Source: an uncultured bacterium
GTDB taxonomy: Bacteria; Patescibacteriota; Minisyncoccia; Moranbacterales; UBA2206
DNA length: 64,000 nucleotides
Direction of reading: 5' to 3'
Assembly (NCBI GenBank): GCA_903937035.1
Contig: CAIZXS010000023.1
Location: 1,188 to 65,187 of the forward strand
Translations under genes and position numbers: made by a program
Shown here: piece by piece, positions 16,396 to 27,221 of the stretch
Layout of the letters: every line of letters starts with the position of its first letter
How positions within the stretch are numbered: the first letter of the stretch is position 1
Notes under the pieces: model-generated
What the model was told of the DNA's origin: nothing
The model's input: only the letters and a program-made list of their open reading frames with translations
The model's database searches: none

Positions 16396-17259
16396 TCAAA
16401 CCTTGCCATCACTACCAAATATCTTCATCTTATATTTAACAGTCTCTTTTACTGCGTCCTGAGCCCCACCCAAAAGCTTTCTCAAATCAAATCCTAACTC
16501 ACCCTGACCACTGACGGAATTAATCAGATTATTAACAAAGGCGATACGAATAGCAGTGTCCACATTGAAACAGCTAACGCCATTTTTTATTGCCTCCACG
16601 ACCTTTCCATTCTCCCAATCTGACGCTCCATGCAAGACAAAAGGAAGAGCACAATTCTTATTAATCATCGCCATCCGATCAAAATCTGGCTGAGCTCTTT
16701 CCTTGAGAAACCCATGTGCATTTCCAATCGCCACCGCAAGAGCATCAATTCCAGTCTCTTCAACAAATACTTTCGCCTGAACAGGATCGGTCATATACTT
16801 ATCCCAATCAATATCTCCCATCTGAGCCTCACCGAGATAGGGCACACTGCCCAGCTCCCCCTGGACATCCACCCCACTCTCATGGCAAAACTCAACTACT
16901 TTTTTTGTTATCTCCAAATTATCAGCAAAGACTTTTCGAGATCCATCGTACATAACGGAGGTGAATCCGATCGCAACTGCTCGCTGGATTATTTCCAAAC
17001 TTTTCCCATGATCAAGATGAATCCCAATCGGGATTTCAGCAGCATAAAATTCAGCATCATTTTTTATCAAATGGAAAATCCCCCTTCCTCCAGCATATTC
17101 CATCGTTTTCTCCGTTACTTGGATAATCACGGGAGAGCGCATTTCCTTTGCTGCTGCCACAATCGCCCGCGTCGTCTCAAGATTAACAGTATTAAATGCT
17201 CCTACAGCATAACTACCTTCTTTTGCTTTTGTCAAAATTTCCTTGACTGAAGTAATCAT
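16396..17259 (-). CDS. fba: Class II fructose-bisphosphate aldolase
   Basis: HLDHG, GNAHG, GELG. Confidence 0.9.
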   Translation of the reverse strand: MITSVKEILTKAKEGSYAVGAFNTVNLETTRAIVAAAKEMRSPVIIQVTEKTMEYAGGRGIFHLIKNDAEFYAAEIPIGIHLDHGKSLEIIQRAVAIGFTSVMYDGSRKVFADNLEITKKVVEFCHESGVDVQGELGSVPYLGEAQMGDIDWDKYMTDPVQAKVFVEETGIDALAVAIGNAHGFLKERAQPDFDRMAMINKNCALPFVLHGASDWENGKVVEAIKNGVSCFNVDTAIRIAFVNNLINSVSGQGELGFDLRKLLGGAQDAVKETVKYKMKIFGSDGKV

Positions 17260-17270
17260 AAATTAAATTA

Positions 17271-18053
17271 TTATCCATTAATTATCCTAGCTATTTTCAA
17301 AAACTCCCTCGGCGCCAACGATTCCCTCCCAATCAGAGCACCCTCCATTCCACTTTCAATGCACGCCTGTCCTACAGTCTTCACACTGACCGATCCACCA
17401 TAAATTATACGCATTTTCTGAATCATATTTTGAGAAAAATTCCGTGACAGAATTTTTTGAATCAAAACTTTTGCCTCCATAATCTCATTGCTTGTCGGGA
17501 TACTGTCTGATCCAACTGACCAAATCGGTTCATAGGCTACGACTATTTTTTCCAACTTTCCTGGAGCCACGCCAGCGAAAGCTTCTTTAATTTGCCTGGT
17601 TATTACATGCATTGTCTCGCCAGATTGCCGCTCTTCCTTCGTTTCACCCACGCATATTATTGGACTAAGACCATTTTTAAGACTTGCTAGCACTTTTTGA
17701 TTGATTGATTGATCATTTTCAAAAAAATACTTACGTCTTTCACTATGACCGATAATCACATATTCTGAGCCGAAATTTTTCAGCATTACTGGTGAAATTT
17801 CTCCCGTATACGAGCCCTTTTCTTCCCAAAAACAGTTTTGCCCGCCTAGCGCAACTTTTTTTCCTAGCACCTTTCCGAAACTTTCCAAGTGGATTGCCGG
17901 CGGACAAAGTACAATTTCAGCATTATTTATTTTTTTTCCTGCTAATTCTTTTTTAACCGCACCGAGATACGTCTCTCGCTCAGCTTGAGATAAGATATTC
18001 ATTTTTAAGTTACCGATAATTATTTTTTTCATACTTGTTTTTTCTTTAACCAT
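17271..18053 (-). CDS. tpiA: Triosephosphate isomerase
   Basis: GHSERR, AYEPIWSVGS, YGGSV. The real start is probably the internal MKKIII. Confidence 0.95.
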   Translation of the reverse strand: MVKEKTSMKKIIIGNLKMNILSQAERETYLGAVKKELAGKKINNAEIVLCPPAIHLESFGKVLGKKVALGGQNCFWEEKGSYTGEISPVMLKNFGSEYVIIGHSERRKYFFENDQSINQKVLASLKNGLSPIICVGETKEERQSGETMHVITRQIKEAFAGVAPGKLEKIVVAYEPIWSVGSDSIPTSNEIMEAKVLIQKILSRNFSQNMIQKMRIIYGGSVSVKTVGQACIESGMEGALIGRESLAPREFLKIARIING

Positions 18054-18676
18054 TCTTTTGATATTTTAAATATCGCTGGCAAAACCGAAACCGCAATTAT
18101 TCCCATAATCACAATAGAAAAGTTATCTCTGATAATCGGGATATTACCAAAAAAATACCCTGCCAAAACAAAACCAAAAACCCAAACGAAACCTCCGGAA
18201 ATACTATACAAAAGAAATTTTTGATATTCCATTCTCCCAATTCCCGCCACAAACGGAGCAAATGTCCGAATAATTGGCATAAATCGCGCCAAAAAAACGG
18301 TTTTTCCTCCGTGCTTGTGATAGAATTCTTGTGTCTGGTCAATATGAGTTTGATTAACGGGAATATATTTATTATCAACAATTTTTTTTCCAAAATAAAA
18401 TCCAACCCAATAATTAATATTATCCCCAAGAAAAGCTGCTGCCCAAAGGAGTGGAGCAAGTATCACAATATTAAATGATCCAGTGGCCGAAAACATTCCC
18501 GCCGCAAAAAGAAGCGAATCTCCGGGCAAAAATGGGGTAAAGACAAATCCGGTTTCCGCAAAAACAATCGCAAATAAAATGCCATAAGTCAAACTTCCAT
18601 AATTAGCAATAATTTCTCCCAAATGAACATCTACATTCAAAATAAAATCGATAAAACCCATAAAGCTAAATTTCAA
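18029..18676 (-). CDS. DedA/SNARE-associated family membrane protein
   Basis: Multi-TM protein with the FLPGDS motif. Confidence 0.85.
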   Translation of the reverse strand: MKFSFMGFIDFILNVDVHLGEIIANYGSLTYGILFAIVFAETGFVFTPFLPGDSLLFAAGMFSATGSFNIVILAPLLWAAAFLGDNINYWVGFYFGKKIVDNKYIPVNQTHIDQTQEFYHKHGGKTVFLARFMPIIRTFAPFVAGIGRMEYQKFLLYSISGGFVWVFGFVLAGYFFGNIPIIRDNFSIVIMGIIAVSVLPAIFKISKEWLKKKQV

Positions 18677-18684
18677 TTATTAAT

Positions 18685-19704
18685 CTAAATCTCCCTTAGA
18701 TACTCCGCTGCATCTTCTGGACTAATCGTGACGATTTCAATTCCCGTTGAAACTTCAAATCCTGCCCAAATGTTCAGCTTCGGCAAAATTTCAATATGCC
18801 AATGATAATGTGGGTAATCTTTGCCATCGCAGGGTGATGTATGGATATAGAAATTAAAATCAGGATTATTTAGTGCTTTATCCAGCTTGGCAATCGCTTT
18901 TTGCAAAGCCTCTCCTCCTGCCATTTTTTCCACCTCAGTCATCCTCTCGAAATAGGGCTTGTGCTTTTTTGGCATCACCCACATTTCGAAATTAGACCGC
19001 GCTGCGAAAGGACAAAACACCACAAATTCCTCATTTTCAAAAACAATTCTTTTTTGCACCTCCCTTTCCCATTCCAACATTGCACAATAAACACATTGCT
19101 TATTTGCCTTGTGATACTGTTCGGCTCCATCCAACTCAGACTTCACATAAGGAGAGATTATTGGGATTGCCATCAGCTGTGAATGTGGATGTGAAATTGA
19201 AGCACCAGCCCGCTTTCCATGATTGTGAAAAATATCGATATAATTTACCGACTTCTTATTCATCAAATCAATATAGCGTGATTGGTATGCGTCCAAAACT
19301 TCCGCCACCATGATCTGCTCCATCCTCCCGATATGCTTATCATGATCCCTTGTCACAATCACCTCGTGATAACCGACACTATCCATCCAAAAATAAGGGC
19401 CCTCCTCTTTATGCGTAATCTGTCCTCCTGTCGGACGCGAAAAAGCGGGATACTTATTAGGAAAAACTCGCAAGCTCCAATCATCATCACCCGTTCCATA
19501 AAGCAACACGTCCTTTTCTTGGCCAGAAAGCTTCGGATCACAAAACAAGCAATTAGAAGCATCCTCCTGACCATCGTCTTCCATCTCTTTTTTCGCAAAC
19601 TCATCGGGCCGTTTCGCGCGAATAGTCGACACAACAACCCAATCTCCAGTTATTAGGTCTTGCCTCAATTCAGTCGATTTTGTTTTATTTTTTTCTTTTT
19701 CCAA
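18685..19704 (-). CDS. galT: Galactose-1-phosphate uridylyltransferase (HIT family)
   Basis: CLFCDP...HPHSQ, HWHIEI. Confidence 0.85.
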   Translation of the reverse strand: MEKEKNKTKSTELRQDLITGDWVVVSTIRAKRPDEFAKKEMEDDGQEDASNCLFCDPKLSGQEKDVLLYGTGDDDWSLRVFPNKYPAFSRPTGGQITHKEEGPYFWMDSVGYHEVIVTRDHDKHIGRMEQIMVAEVLDAYQSRYIDLMNKKSVNYIDIFHNHGKRAGASISHPHSQLMAIPIISPYVKSELDGAEQYHKANKQCVYCAMLEWEREVQKRIVFENEEFVVFCPFAARSNFEMWVMPKKHKPYFERMTEVEKMAGGEALQKAIAKLDKALNNPDFNFYIHTSPCDGKDYPHYHWHIEILPKLNIWAGFEVSTGIEIVTISPEDAAEYLREI

Positions 19705-19774
19705 GCTATTACAAACGCCAAATATTTAACACTCGAATACTCCAAAAAAGGTGTTATGTGCAAAACATTTGACT

Positions 19775-20524
19775 CTATTTTTTTATATTATATTTTCCTC
19801 CCCATAGCCGCATTCGTGTTTTTAATAAATCCCAAAGAACTTGAAAATAACCATTTGGTCCCGTGAGGCTCACTGTTGATCCAGCTTCATTTAGCCATCT
19901 CACTGGCATCTGTTTAATCTTAAAGCCAAGCTTCTTGGCCAGTACAACTAATTCAAAATCAAACCCAAATCGATCAACAACCATACGACTTGCTACTGCC
20001 TGGGCGGCTTTCGCATTCAACATTTTGAATCCACACTGCGTGTCTGGATAGCCCCAAAGACCAAGAACAATCCTAATCGCCCAATTACCAGTATCACCGA
20101 ATATTTCCTTCCATTTGGCTTGATGTATCTGCACATAAGCTCCATCAATATCTCGAGAACCCATCACAACATCAAAACCTTTTTCAAACTCAGGGAGAAA
20201 TGTGTCAAGATGAGTAATCGATGTTGATCCATCAGCGTCAAAAAATAACCGATACTCACCCACCGCCTCCAATAATCCCTGTCGTACAACATAACCCTTC
20301 CCATGATTTTCTGGATTATCGATAACCTTAAAATTTTCAAATCTACCCTGGTAAGTCCGAGCCAGTTCGGCAGTATTATCAGGAGAGCCATCAACCACAA
20401 CAACGATTTCATAACTATACGATTTATCCTTAAAATAATTTTCACATTCCTCCAGATTTACACCAATTCTTTTCCCCTCCTTATAGGCAGGTATAATAAC
20501 AGAAAGATACACTTTATTACTCAT
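19775..20524 (-). CDS. GT2 family glycosyltransferase, polyprenol-phosphate sugar transferase-like
   Basis: LSVIIPAYKEG, VVDGSPD, FDADG. Confidence 0.85.
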   Translation of the reverse strand: MSNKVYLSVIIPAYKEGKRIGVNLEECENYFKDKSYSYEIVVVVDGSPDNTAELARTYQGRFENFKVIDNPENHGKGYVVRQGLLEAVGEYRLFFDADGSTSITHLDTFLPEFEKGFDVVMGSRDIDGAYVQIHQAKWKEIFGDTGNWAIRIVLGLWGYPDTQCGFKMLNAKAAQAVASRMVVDRFGFDFELVVLAKKLGFKIKQMPVRWLNEAGSTVSLTGPNGYFQVLWDLLKTRMRLWGGKYNIKK

Positions 20525-20622
20525 GATTTTGACAAAAATATTACTGCTTAAGCATCACCATCATTGTAGCATAAAAAACCCAAAGATGAAACAATTTAGC
20601 ATAAAAATCTTCTATACCCACA

Positions 20623-23001
20623 CTATTCCAACTTCCCCTTGGTAATAGAAAAATCAATTGGAAGATTAGGAGTCACACCGGAGCCATGGGTTGGCGTTAC
20701 TCGAAAATCAGCCTCTCCCTTAAGCGGAATGCGTTTAATCAGATCAAGATTTTCCAATTTATTAATTTGCAAATATTGATCAGATACCGTGTAGAGATTG
20801 TTATCAATATATAGCGAGCGCTTCAAGCCATTATCATAGTAATTATTACTTGATCCCGAATCAATTCCACTGTTCTGGCTGATTTTTCCTTTCAGTTTAA
20901 ATCCGCTATTATCAACACTAAAAACCGCGACGCCATTGAATGAATTCTGCCACGAAGTTGGCATACCAATCGAATTATCCATCAGTGTCACTGGAATTAC
21001 CAATAAATTCTTTTCACGCGAGAAAAGAAAGGCCTTATGATCAAAAAGAGCTAATGAATCGCTACCAGCCGAGCCAAGTTCATATTTATCAATCTCGCGA
21101 GGGCTAGAAACGTTGCTAACATCAAATAGTGAAAGTTTAAGTCCTTTTGTCGTCACTGATCCAGCGCTATTTTCCTCTGTTTCTTTTCCAAGGCCAATAA
21201 GCGTCGTGTCATCATAAGGATGGAGATAGCTAGAAAAACCAGGGACCTTTAACTCTCCAAGAACCCGAGGATTCCTAGTATCCTTCAGATCAATCACAAA
21301 TAAAGGATCTGTTCGCTTATACGTCACAAGATAGGCACGATTTTGCATAAATCTGGCCGAATAGATACGCTCTCCTTTTGCCAAATTCTCTACGCTGCCA
21401 ACCACGCGCAAATTAGCATCCAAAACATAGAGATTACTATACGATTGATTTTGACTAGAACCCTCAGGAAGATTTGTCGGGCTAGAAATTTTCGCCATCT
21501 CTTCTCCCCCAAAATTACTAGAAAAATAAAGCGGAGAAAAGACCTGACTCTTAGTTGTAGCTATGCGGAAATTCCCATTACCATCTTCATCCATCGAGAA
21601 CTGATTGAGTGCTGCCCCAGTTACTTCGCCGAAATTTTTATATTCAATTTTATTTTTATCGATAGCTATCTTATGGATAACCGTTTTTTCCAATTCTTTA
21701 GAAATGTCTGTATATTTTTTTTGCATCTCACCAGACAGTTCTTTTTCCGCCTTCTTTTCTTCCTCATCGGGCAAAGAAGCCAAATAGCGCTCTACAACTA
21801 CACTAATTTTGCTCATTTTCTCCCGCTCACTTAAAATAGAGCCGTCCACAGCTTCAATTTTCTCAACCCTTTCTTGATCTTTCACGCTGAGGCGAGTTAA
21901 AAGCAAATCTTTCGCCATACCCATAAATAGATCGTATTCGCTCAAATGTTTCGTATATGTGATATATAAATTATTCTGCGACGCATAAAAATTTTGTTCA
22001 CCAGACAATAGATAAACTTGATTTGTCACATCACTTTTTTCATCATCAATGTTCACAGCAGCCACATTCACCATATTTATCGACTCATATGGCATATCAA
22101 AATAATAAACATCTGGACACTTGGGACATTTAGCCAAATTCTGACCCGTATATAATTCTTTTCCACTATCAAGTATCCTTGGCACAGGCATTTCTCCATC
22201 ATAATACTGCGCATAAGTCGAGGTAAGGAAATAAACAAAGCCACCAATCATCCTCGAATTCAGATAACTTCCTTCAAAATCTAAATCGCGAATCTGCTTT
22301 GGATTTTTGCGATCCGTAATATCAAAAACCTTAAAAAATGAGTAAGGAGATTTACGCTTAAAACCACGATAATAATCCATCGTCACAACATCTTGATCTC
22401 CGCCAAAAATCACAAGACGATTTCCCTTTAGATAAATGCTTTGTGGGTTAGATTTAAATTCAATTTTTGACTCCACACCGGCTACAGAAACTGGATTTGC
22501 CTTAGTAATAAAAAGAGTTTTATCCGCCACGCTGTAAATGTATTCTCCATCGGTCTTCACTAAATCAGCCTCATCTACACCAGCCACCTGAATATTTGTT
22601 TGGGAATAATCCCCAGAACCAGTGTCGAGCGAAGACTGCGCGCTTTTTTCCGCCATCGGAGTAGCGACGTTTCCAGCAAAACTATCATACATCATCCTTC
22701 CGCCGAAACTATTATTAGAAGAATTGCTTTCCACGAACGCCTGAAGCTCCTCGTAATTAGACATTTTTTTAATCTTAGACTCATTTTTCAGTTTTTCTGC
22801 AAGTGAAATATTCTTCGCGTTTAAACCGTTCATTTGAGTGGTCTCCTTTGCCCCCCTATCATTTTTAGTATAAAAGTAGTTTTGAGCAATCAACAGTGCA
22901 AAAAATAAAAAAGCCAAAACTGGCAAAATTATTTTCATCCTTTGGTCCTTTTTTTCAACTACTACAATATTATTATCTTCCAATTTATTTCCAGTTTCCA
23001 T
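20623..23001 (-). CDS. Secreted/membrane-anchored protein with a beta-propeller domain (COG4880/Beta_propel-like)
   Basis: N-terminal TM segment; QVAGVDEADLVKTDGEYIYS signature; 792 aa. Confidence 0.55.
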   Translation of the reverse strand: METGNKLEDNNIVVVEKKDQRMKIILPVLAFLFFALLIAQNYFYTKNDRGAKETTQMNGLNAKNISLAEKLKNESKIKKMSNYEELQAFVESNSSNNSFGGRMMYDSFAGNVATPMAEKSAQSSLDTGSGDYSQTNIQVAGVDEADLVKTDGEYIYSVADKTLFITKANPVSVAGVESKIEFKSNPQSIYLKGNRLVIFGGDQDVVTMDYYRGFKRKSPYSFFKVFDITDRKNPKQIRDLDFEGSYLNSRMIGGFVYFLTSTYAQYYDGEMPVPRILDSGKELYTGQNLAKCPKCPDVYYFDMPYESINMVNVAAVNIDDEKSDVTNQVYLLSGEQNFYASQNNLYITYTKHLSEYDLFMGMAKDLLLTRLSVKDQERVEKIEAVDGSILSEREKMSKISVVVERYLASLPDEEEKKAEKELSGEMQKKYTDISKELEKTVIHKIAIDKNKIEYKNFGEVTGAALNQFSMDEDGNGNFRIATTKSQVFSPLYFSSNFGGEEMAKISSPTNLPEGSSQNQSYSNLYVLDANLRVVGSVENLAKGERIYSARFMQNRAYLVTYKRTDPLFVIDLKDTRNPRVLGELKVPGFSSYLHPYDDTTLIGLGKETEENSAGSVTTKGLKLSLFDVSNVSSPREIDKYELGSAGSDSLALFDHKAFLFSREKNLLVIPVTLMDNSIGMPTSWQNSFNGVAVFSVDNSGFKLKGKISQNSGIDSGSSNNYYDNGLKRSLYIDNNLYTVSDQYLQINKLENLDLIKRIPLKGEADFRVTPTHGSGVTPNLPIDFSITKGKLE

Positions 23002-23033
23002 AATTTTATTTTAAAATATTTTATAGTACCATT

Positions 23034-23753
23034 CTAGCACATCTTTAAATATTTTTCCCGCTCTTTCTGATCAAACTTTTCTATCGCATAGCGCAGGGCG
23101 GTTCTGGGCATATTTCCGGCATATTTATCCAAAAATGCTACCTCAACTTTCCTGTCTCGCTTGCCAATCTCTCTAAGCATCCATCCCACCGCCTTATGAA
23201 TCAAGTCATGTTCATCAAAGAGCAAGGACCTAGCTATCCTTAAGGCATCAGTAAAGTCACCTTTTTTAATAAAACCGAAAGTCGAAAGCATTGCAACGCG
23301 CCGCACCCAAATATTTTCAGACCCTATCAATTCATACAAAGCAGCCTTGTCTTTCTCGAAAAAATAATCTCCAAGAATTTGTGGGGCAGAAAGATCGACC
23401 AAATCCCAATTATTCACTCTTTTTAAATTACGCAGATAAAAGTTAGCGATCCGCTTCTTTTCTTTCAAATCTCCATTTTGATATTTCATAACCAAGATAG
23501 CGATGGCCATGAAGCGCAGCTCATGCACTTTTTGCCTTAGCAAATATTGCAAATCAATAAAATTAACTTCTTGAAAATATTTTCGTGCAACAATTCTTTG
23601 TTTTGGCACAACAATTCCCCAGAAAATATCCCCTTCGCCATATTCGCCTTTGCCCGTCTTAAAAAATCCTGCCAGAATTTTAGCCTTGATAGGATTTTTC
23701 AGTTTTTCTGCATCAGCTAGGAGATCTTTTAAACAAGCCATAAAAAAAATCAA
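23034..23753 (-). CDS. DNA alkylation repair protein, AlkD/AlkC-like HEAT-repeat glycosylase family
   Basis: GWMLREIGK; helical repeat protein of ~240 aa. Confidence 0.75.
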   Translation of the reverse strand: MIFFMACLKDLLADAEKLKNPIKAKILAGFFKTGKGEYGEGDIFWGIVVPKQRIVARKYFQEVNFIDLQYLLRQKVHELRFMAIAILVMKYQNGDLKEKKRIANFYLRNLKRVNNWDLVDLSAPQILGDYFFEKDKAALYELIGSENIWVRRVAMLSTFGFIKKGDFTDALRIARSLLFDEHDLIHKAVGWMLREIGKRDRKVEVAFLDKYAGNMPRTALRYAIEKFDQKEREKYLKMC

Positions 23754-23768
23754 AACTGAAATAAATAC

Positions 23769-25349
23769 CTACATCTTCTCCGGCGCGCTAATCCCAATCA
23801 ATCGCAAAGTTTCACCCAAGACGACTTTGGTCGCACTGACCAACTCCCTTCTCGCTGCCGCCAAACTCCTTTCTTCATCTAAAATCCGACAAGCGTGATA
23901 GAAGCTGTGGAATTTATCAGCCAGTTTAATAGCATAATGTGTAAGCCTATGAACTTCAAAATTCTCAGAAATCTCTAAAACTAAATCGGGAAAACGCATT
24001 AAATGGCGAATAAGCTCAACCTCTTCCTTGGCCATAAGTTGTGAGTAATCAGCTTTTGCTACAGCCTCCTTTTCTGTTTTTCGTAAAATCCCCGCCATTC
24101 GAGCATGGGCATATTGGACATAGAAAACTGGGTTTTTGTTAGATTTTTCGCGTGCTAAATCAATGTCAAAAATCATTGGAGAATTAGCACTGTAGGCTAA
24201 GAAAATAAACCGCACAGCGTCTCTTCCAACCTCATCAAGTAAGTCTTCTAGGCAAATATATTGACCCTTGCGCTTTGACATTTTAAATTCTTCGCCATTC
24301 TTAATTACAGTCAGATTCTGAGTTAGAAGTACTCTTACTTTCCCTGCATACCCAAAGGCCTCCATCGCACCCTCCACTCTTTTGACGTCACCATGATGAT
24401 CTGCACCCCAGATATCCACAGCTAAATCAAATCCTCTCTTTTTCAATTTATTTAAATGATAAGCAATGTCTCCTCCGAAATATGTTATTTCTCCAGTAGT
24501 CTTTCTAATCACGCGGTCCTTTTCATCACCAAATTTTTCCGCACGAAACCACAGTGCGCCCTCCTTCTCGTAAAGGAAATCTCTTACTCTTAACTCTTCA
24601 AGAGCTTCTTCCACCTCACCACTTTTATGCAATGAGCTTTCTCGAAAATACTCATCAAAATTAACACCCAGACTTTCCATCGCCGGCTTAATCATTTCTT
24701 CCAATATTGTCTTTGTCGCCTCTTGCCCCACTAAAAAAGGATCCAGTTCTTTATTTTTATTCGCCAGCATATCGATATACTCTCCTCGGTATTGAGCCTC
24801 CTCATTTTTGAGGATAGAATGACCTAAAATTTTAATTTGATTGCCAAAATCGTTCACATAATATTCTCGCCAAACAGAATAACCACTTTTTATAAGAATA
24901 TTCGCAAGCACGTCGCCAAGCGGCCCACCACGACCATTGCCAAGATGAATCGGTCCAGTCGGGTTAGCACTTACAAAATCCAAATGAATTTTAGTCTTAT
25001 TCCCCAAAACGTTATTGCCGTAATTAGCACCAGAATTAATAATTTTTTCAATTTCACCTCCACGCGCTTCCGCGGACAAGCTAAAATTAAGAAAGCCCGC
25101 ACCTGCTACCTCAATTTTGGAAAATATCCCCTTTTGAGAATCATCTTTCTCTAGTTCGGTCTTGATATTCTCAGCAATTCTAAATGGGTTCTCTTTTACT
25201 TTCTTGGCCAATCTGAGAGCCACATTGGTCGAATAATCGCCAAATTCTTCTGGTGGATAGTTGATCTCAAAATCCGTCCTCGAAAGCAAAACATCCGGAT
25301 AAATCCGGGAAAAAATAGCTTGTAATTTTTCAATCAAAAAATCTCTCAT
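23769..25349 (-). CDS. argS: Arginine--tRNA ligase
   Basis: HLGNGRGGPLGD, KMSKRKG. Confidence 0.95.
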   Translation of the reverse strand: MRDFLIEKLQAIFSRIYPDVLLSRTDFEINYPPEEFGDYSTNVALRLAKKVKENPFRIAENIKTELEKDDSQKGIFSKIEVAGAGFLNFSLSAEARGGEIEKIINSGANYGNNVLGNKTKIHLDFVSANPTGPIHLGNGRGGPLGDVLANILIKSGYSVWREYYVNDFGNQIKILGHSILKNEEAQYRGEYIDMLANKNKELDPFLVGQEATKTILEEMIKPAMESLGVNFDEYFRESSLHKSGEVEEALEELRVRDFLYEKEGALWFRAEKFGDEKDRVIRKTTGEITYFGGDIAYHLNKLKKRGFDLAVDIWGADHHGDVKRVEGAMEAFGYAGKVRVLLTQNLTVIKNGEEFKMSKRKGQYICLEDLLDEVGRDAVRFIFLAYSANSPMIFDIDLAREKSNKNPVFYVQYAHARMAGILRKTEKEAVAKADYSQLMAKEEVELIRHLMRFPDLVLEISENFEVHRLTHYAIKLADKFHSFYHACRILDEERSLAAARRELVSATKVVLGETLRLIGISAPEKM

Positions 25350-25447
25350 ATAAAGCCAGTATAGCTTAAAAAGCGAATAAAATCAATGCATTTAAGCAAA
25401 ATGCGAGTCTTTGAGCTCAATAATTAATCGAGCGCTGTGCTAAATTT

Positions 25448-26521
25448 TTATTGAATCAATCTAAAAGAGCTTTTCGCTTTAATAATAACGGAAAAAGGAG
25501 TTCCGTATAAATTATCCACTTTATTAATGGGATAAAAGATACACATCTCTGAACCGATCTGTTTAGCATTAAACTTAAACAAATACCCCTTGTCAGTACA
25601 CGCATTGAATAATCCACTTGCCCTGCAATCCAAATCACTGAGAAACCATGCCCCCCGGTCAATAATAACTGGTCCCGATAGACAAGCAGCCTCTAATTTT
25701 GAGGCGGCGTGTGATGACCATGTTAGATACACAGAACTGGGCACGCTAACGACTGAAACACTAGCGCTAACTTCTCCTGAGGCACAATTTTCAATCCTAC
25801 CGCCAGGAGTATATTTGATCCCATCCCAACAAGAGTTGCCAAGACAAGTATTTTTAGCGCATTCGGAAGTGTCCCCCTTCCAATCAACCAATTGATACAG
25901 ATTTTCCCCAACAAAATTTTGACCAACCATGCTCAAATGCAAATGGCCACCATCGTCGTATTTGGGCAATAACGTGTTGACGCGTTGTGGGTCTTCTAGG
26001 CGCACCTTCATGTCAATCCTATAATCAACATCAATTGCCGAATTCGCAATCCAACTATTTACTGAATCTGCAATCAATTGCCTTTCAGATGAATAATGAC
26101 TACTATCACCCTTAAAAGGAATTAAATTAACTGACACAACCTTAATTCCCGCCTCATGAGCCATGGTGTACATAATCTGAAGTCGCTCCTCAATCGATTG
26201 AGCGGGAATATGCTGACCAACATCATTTATACCGCCCCAAATTATAACATAGTCAGGTTTAGCAGTTAAAATATCAGCCTCAAATCTACCAAGCATTTCT
26301 ACTGTCGTATTTCCACCCCTGCCTTTATTGACAACCAAATAAGAAGAGCCCAATAAAACATTCAGCTTTCCCGTATAAGAAGGCGCCAAATCATTTCCAG
26401 CAGTCAGACTGTCCCCAATAGCATATATCTTCGTTAAATTACTGGCTTCCACAGCCGAGCAAGATACAAAAAAACAAACCACAACAACAAAAAAAAATAT
26501 TCCAAATAAACTTTTACCCAT
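25448..26521 (-). CDS. Secreted SGNH/GDSL hydrolase with a Cys-rich C-terminal domain
   Basis: GDSLTAG, GGNT, GINDV, DGGHL; N-terminal signal/TM. Confidence 0.8.
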   Translation of the reverse strand: MGKSLFGIFFFVVVVCFFVSCSAVEASNLTKIYAIGDSLTAGNDLAPSYTGKLNVLLGSSYLVVNKGRGGNTTVEMLGRFEADILTAKPDYVIIWGGINDVGQHIPAQSIEERLQIMYTMAHEAGIKVVSVNLIPFKGDSSHYSSERQLIADSVNSWIANSAIDVDYRIDMKVRLEDPQRVNTLLPKYDDGGHLHLSMVGQNFVGENLYQLVDWKGDTSECAKNTCLGNSCWDGIKYTPGGRIENCASGEVSASVSVVSVPSSVYLTWSSHAASKLEAACLSGPVIIDRGAWFLSDLDCRASGLFNACTDKGYLFKFNAKQIGSEMCIFYPINKVDNLYGTPFSVIIKAKSSFRLIQ

Positions 26522-26579
26522 TTTGTTTTAAGCTAAATAGTTCCGTATGAATATATTCTATCACAGAGAAGAGATAAAC

Positions 26580-26999
26580 TCACAGACTTCTTTTCTCCAT
26601 CCAGCTATTCAAAATTATCCGCGCTGATTCGGCGTCATCAAAGCGATTGATATCCCGAAGACCTTTTTCTTTCAAATTCTCTCTGGCAATTTTTGTTGAA
26701 TACATTTCGTCCTGATATTCAACGGCAATTTTTGCTGTTTTTTCCAAATACTGACCCAGCTTTTCTCCAGCATAGGCTGTTTCCTTGCGATTGATTCTAG
26801 CGGGAATGCCAATAATAACTTGCTCGATTTTTTCTTTCTTAATTATATCTAAGATATTTTCTAAAAAATTTTTGTCATTTGCGACAACACCATAAGCAAA
26901 AGCAATCCGCGTTTCGCTATCAGCAATCGCCAGGCCAATTTTTGACTCACCATAATCAACACCGAGATAATATTTTGTTTTGGTTGAATCTTTTGGCAT
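26580..26999 (-). CDS. ruvX: Holliday junction resolvase-like RuvX/YqgF
   Basis: YLGVDYGESKIGLAIAD. Confidence 0.9.
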   Translation of the reverse strand: MPKDSTKTKYYLGVDYGESKIGLAIADSETRIAFAYGVVANDKNFLENILDIIKKEKIEQVIIGIPARINRKETAYAGEKLGQYLEKTAKIAVEYQDEMYSTKIARENLKEKGLRDINRFDDAESARIILNSWMEKRSL

Positions 27000-27011
27000 A
27001 AATATAAATAA

Positions 27012-27221
27012 TTGTCATCCCCGCGACCGCGTGCCGCCTTAGCTTTAGCGGTGGAGCAAGGCGGAGATCCAGGTTCCACTAGTTTTAAACTCTGGAAAAT
27101 CGAATTATAAATCTTTTAACTTCTATTTTTTAACTAACAAATCCTGTTTTTCTTTTTTTTATAGCCTGAGGTGCCTGGGTCCCCGACTTCTCGAGGATGA
27201 CACTGTGCTAAACTCTAGTTA
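27012..27221. repeat. Candidate degenerate MITE-like element or structured non-coding region between ruvX and map
   Basis: Its right end (reverse complement TGTCATCCTCGAGAAGTCGG) resembles the MITE terminal repeat. Its left end begins TGTCATCC, inverted. 7-bp stem CCGCCTT...AAGGCGG. No tRNA features. Confidence 0.3.

Noticed and set aside
27012-27221. Possible tRNA, tmRNA or SRP RNA in the ruvX-map spacer
   Set aside because: No GTTCGAATCC-like T-loop, no 7-bp acceptor stem with a CCA-proximal end, and no SRP domain IV motif on either strand.
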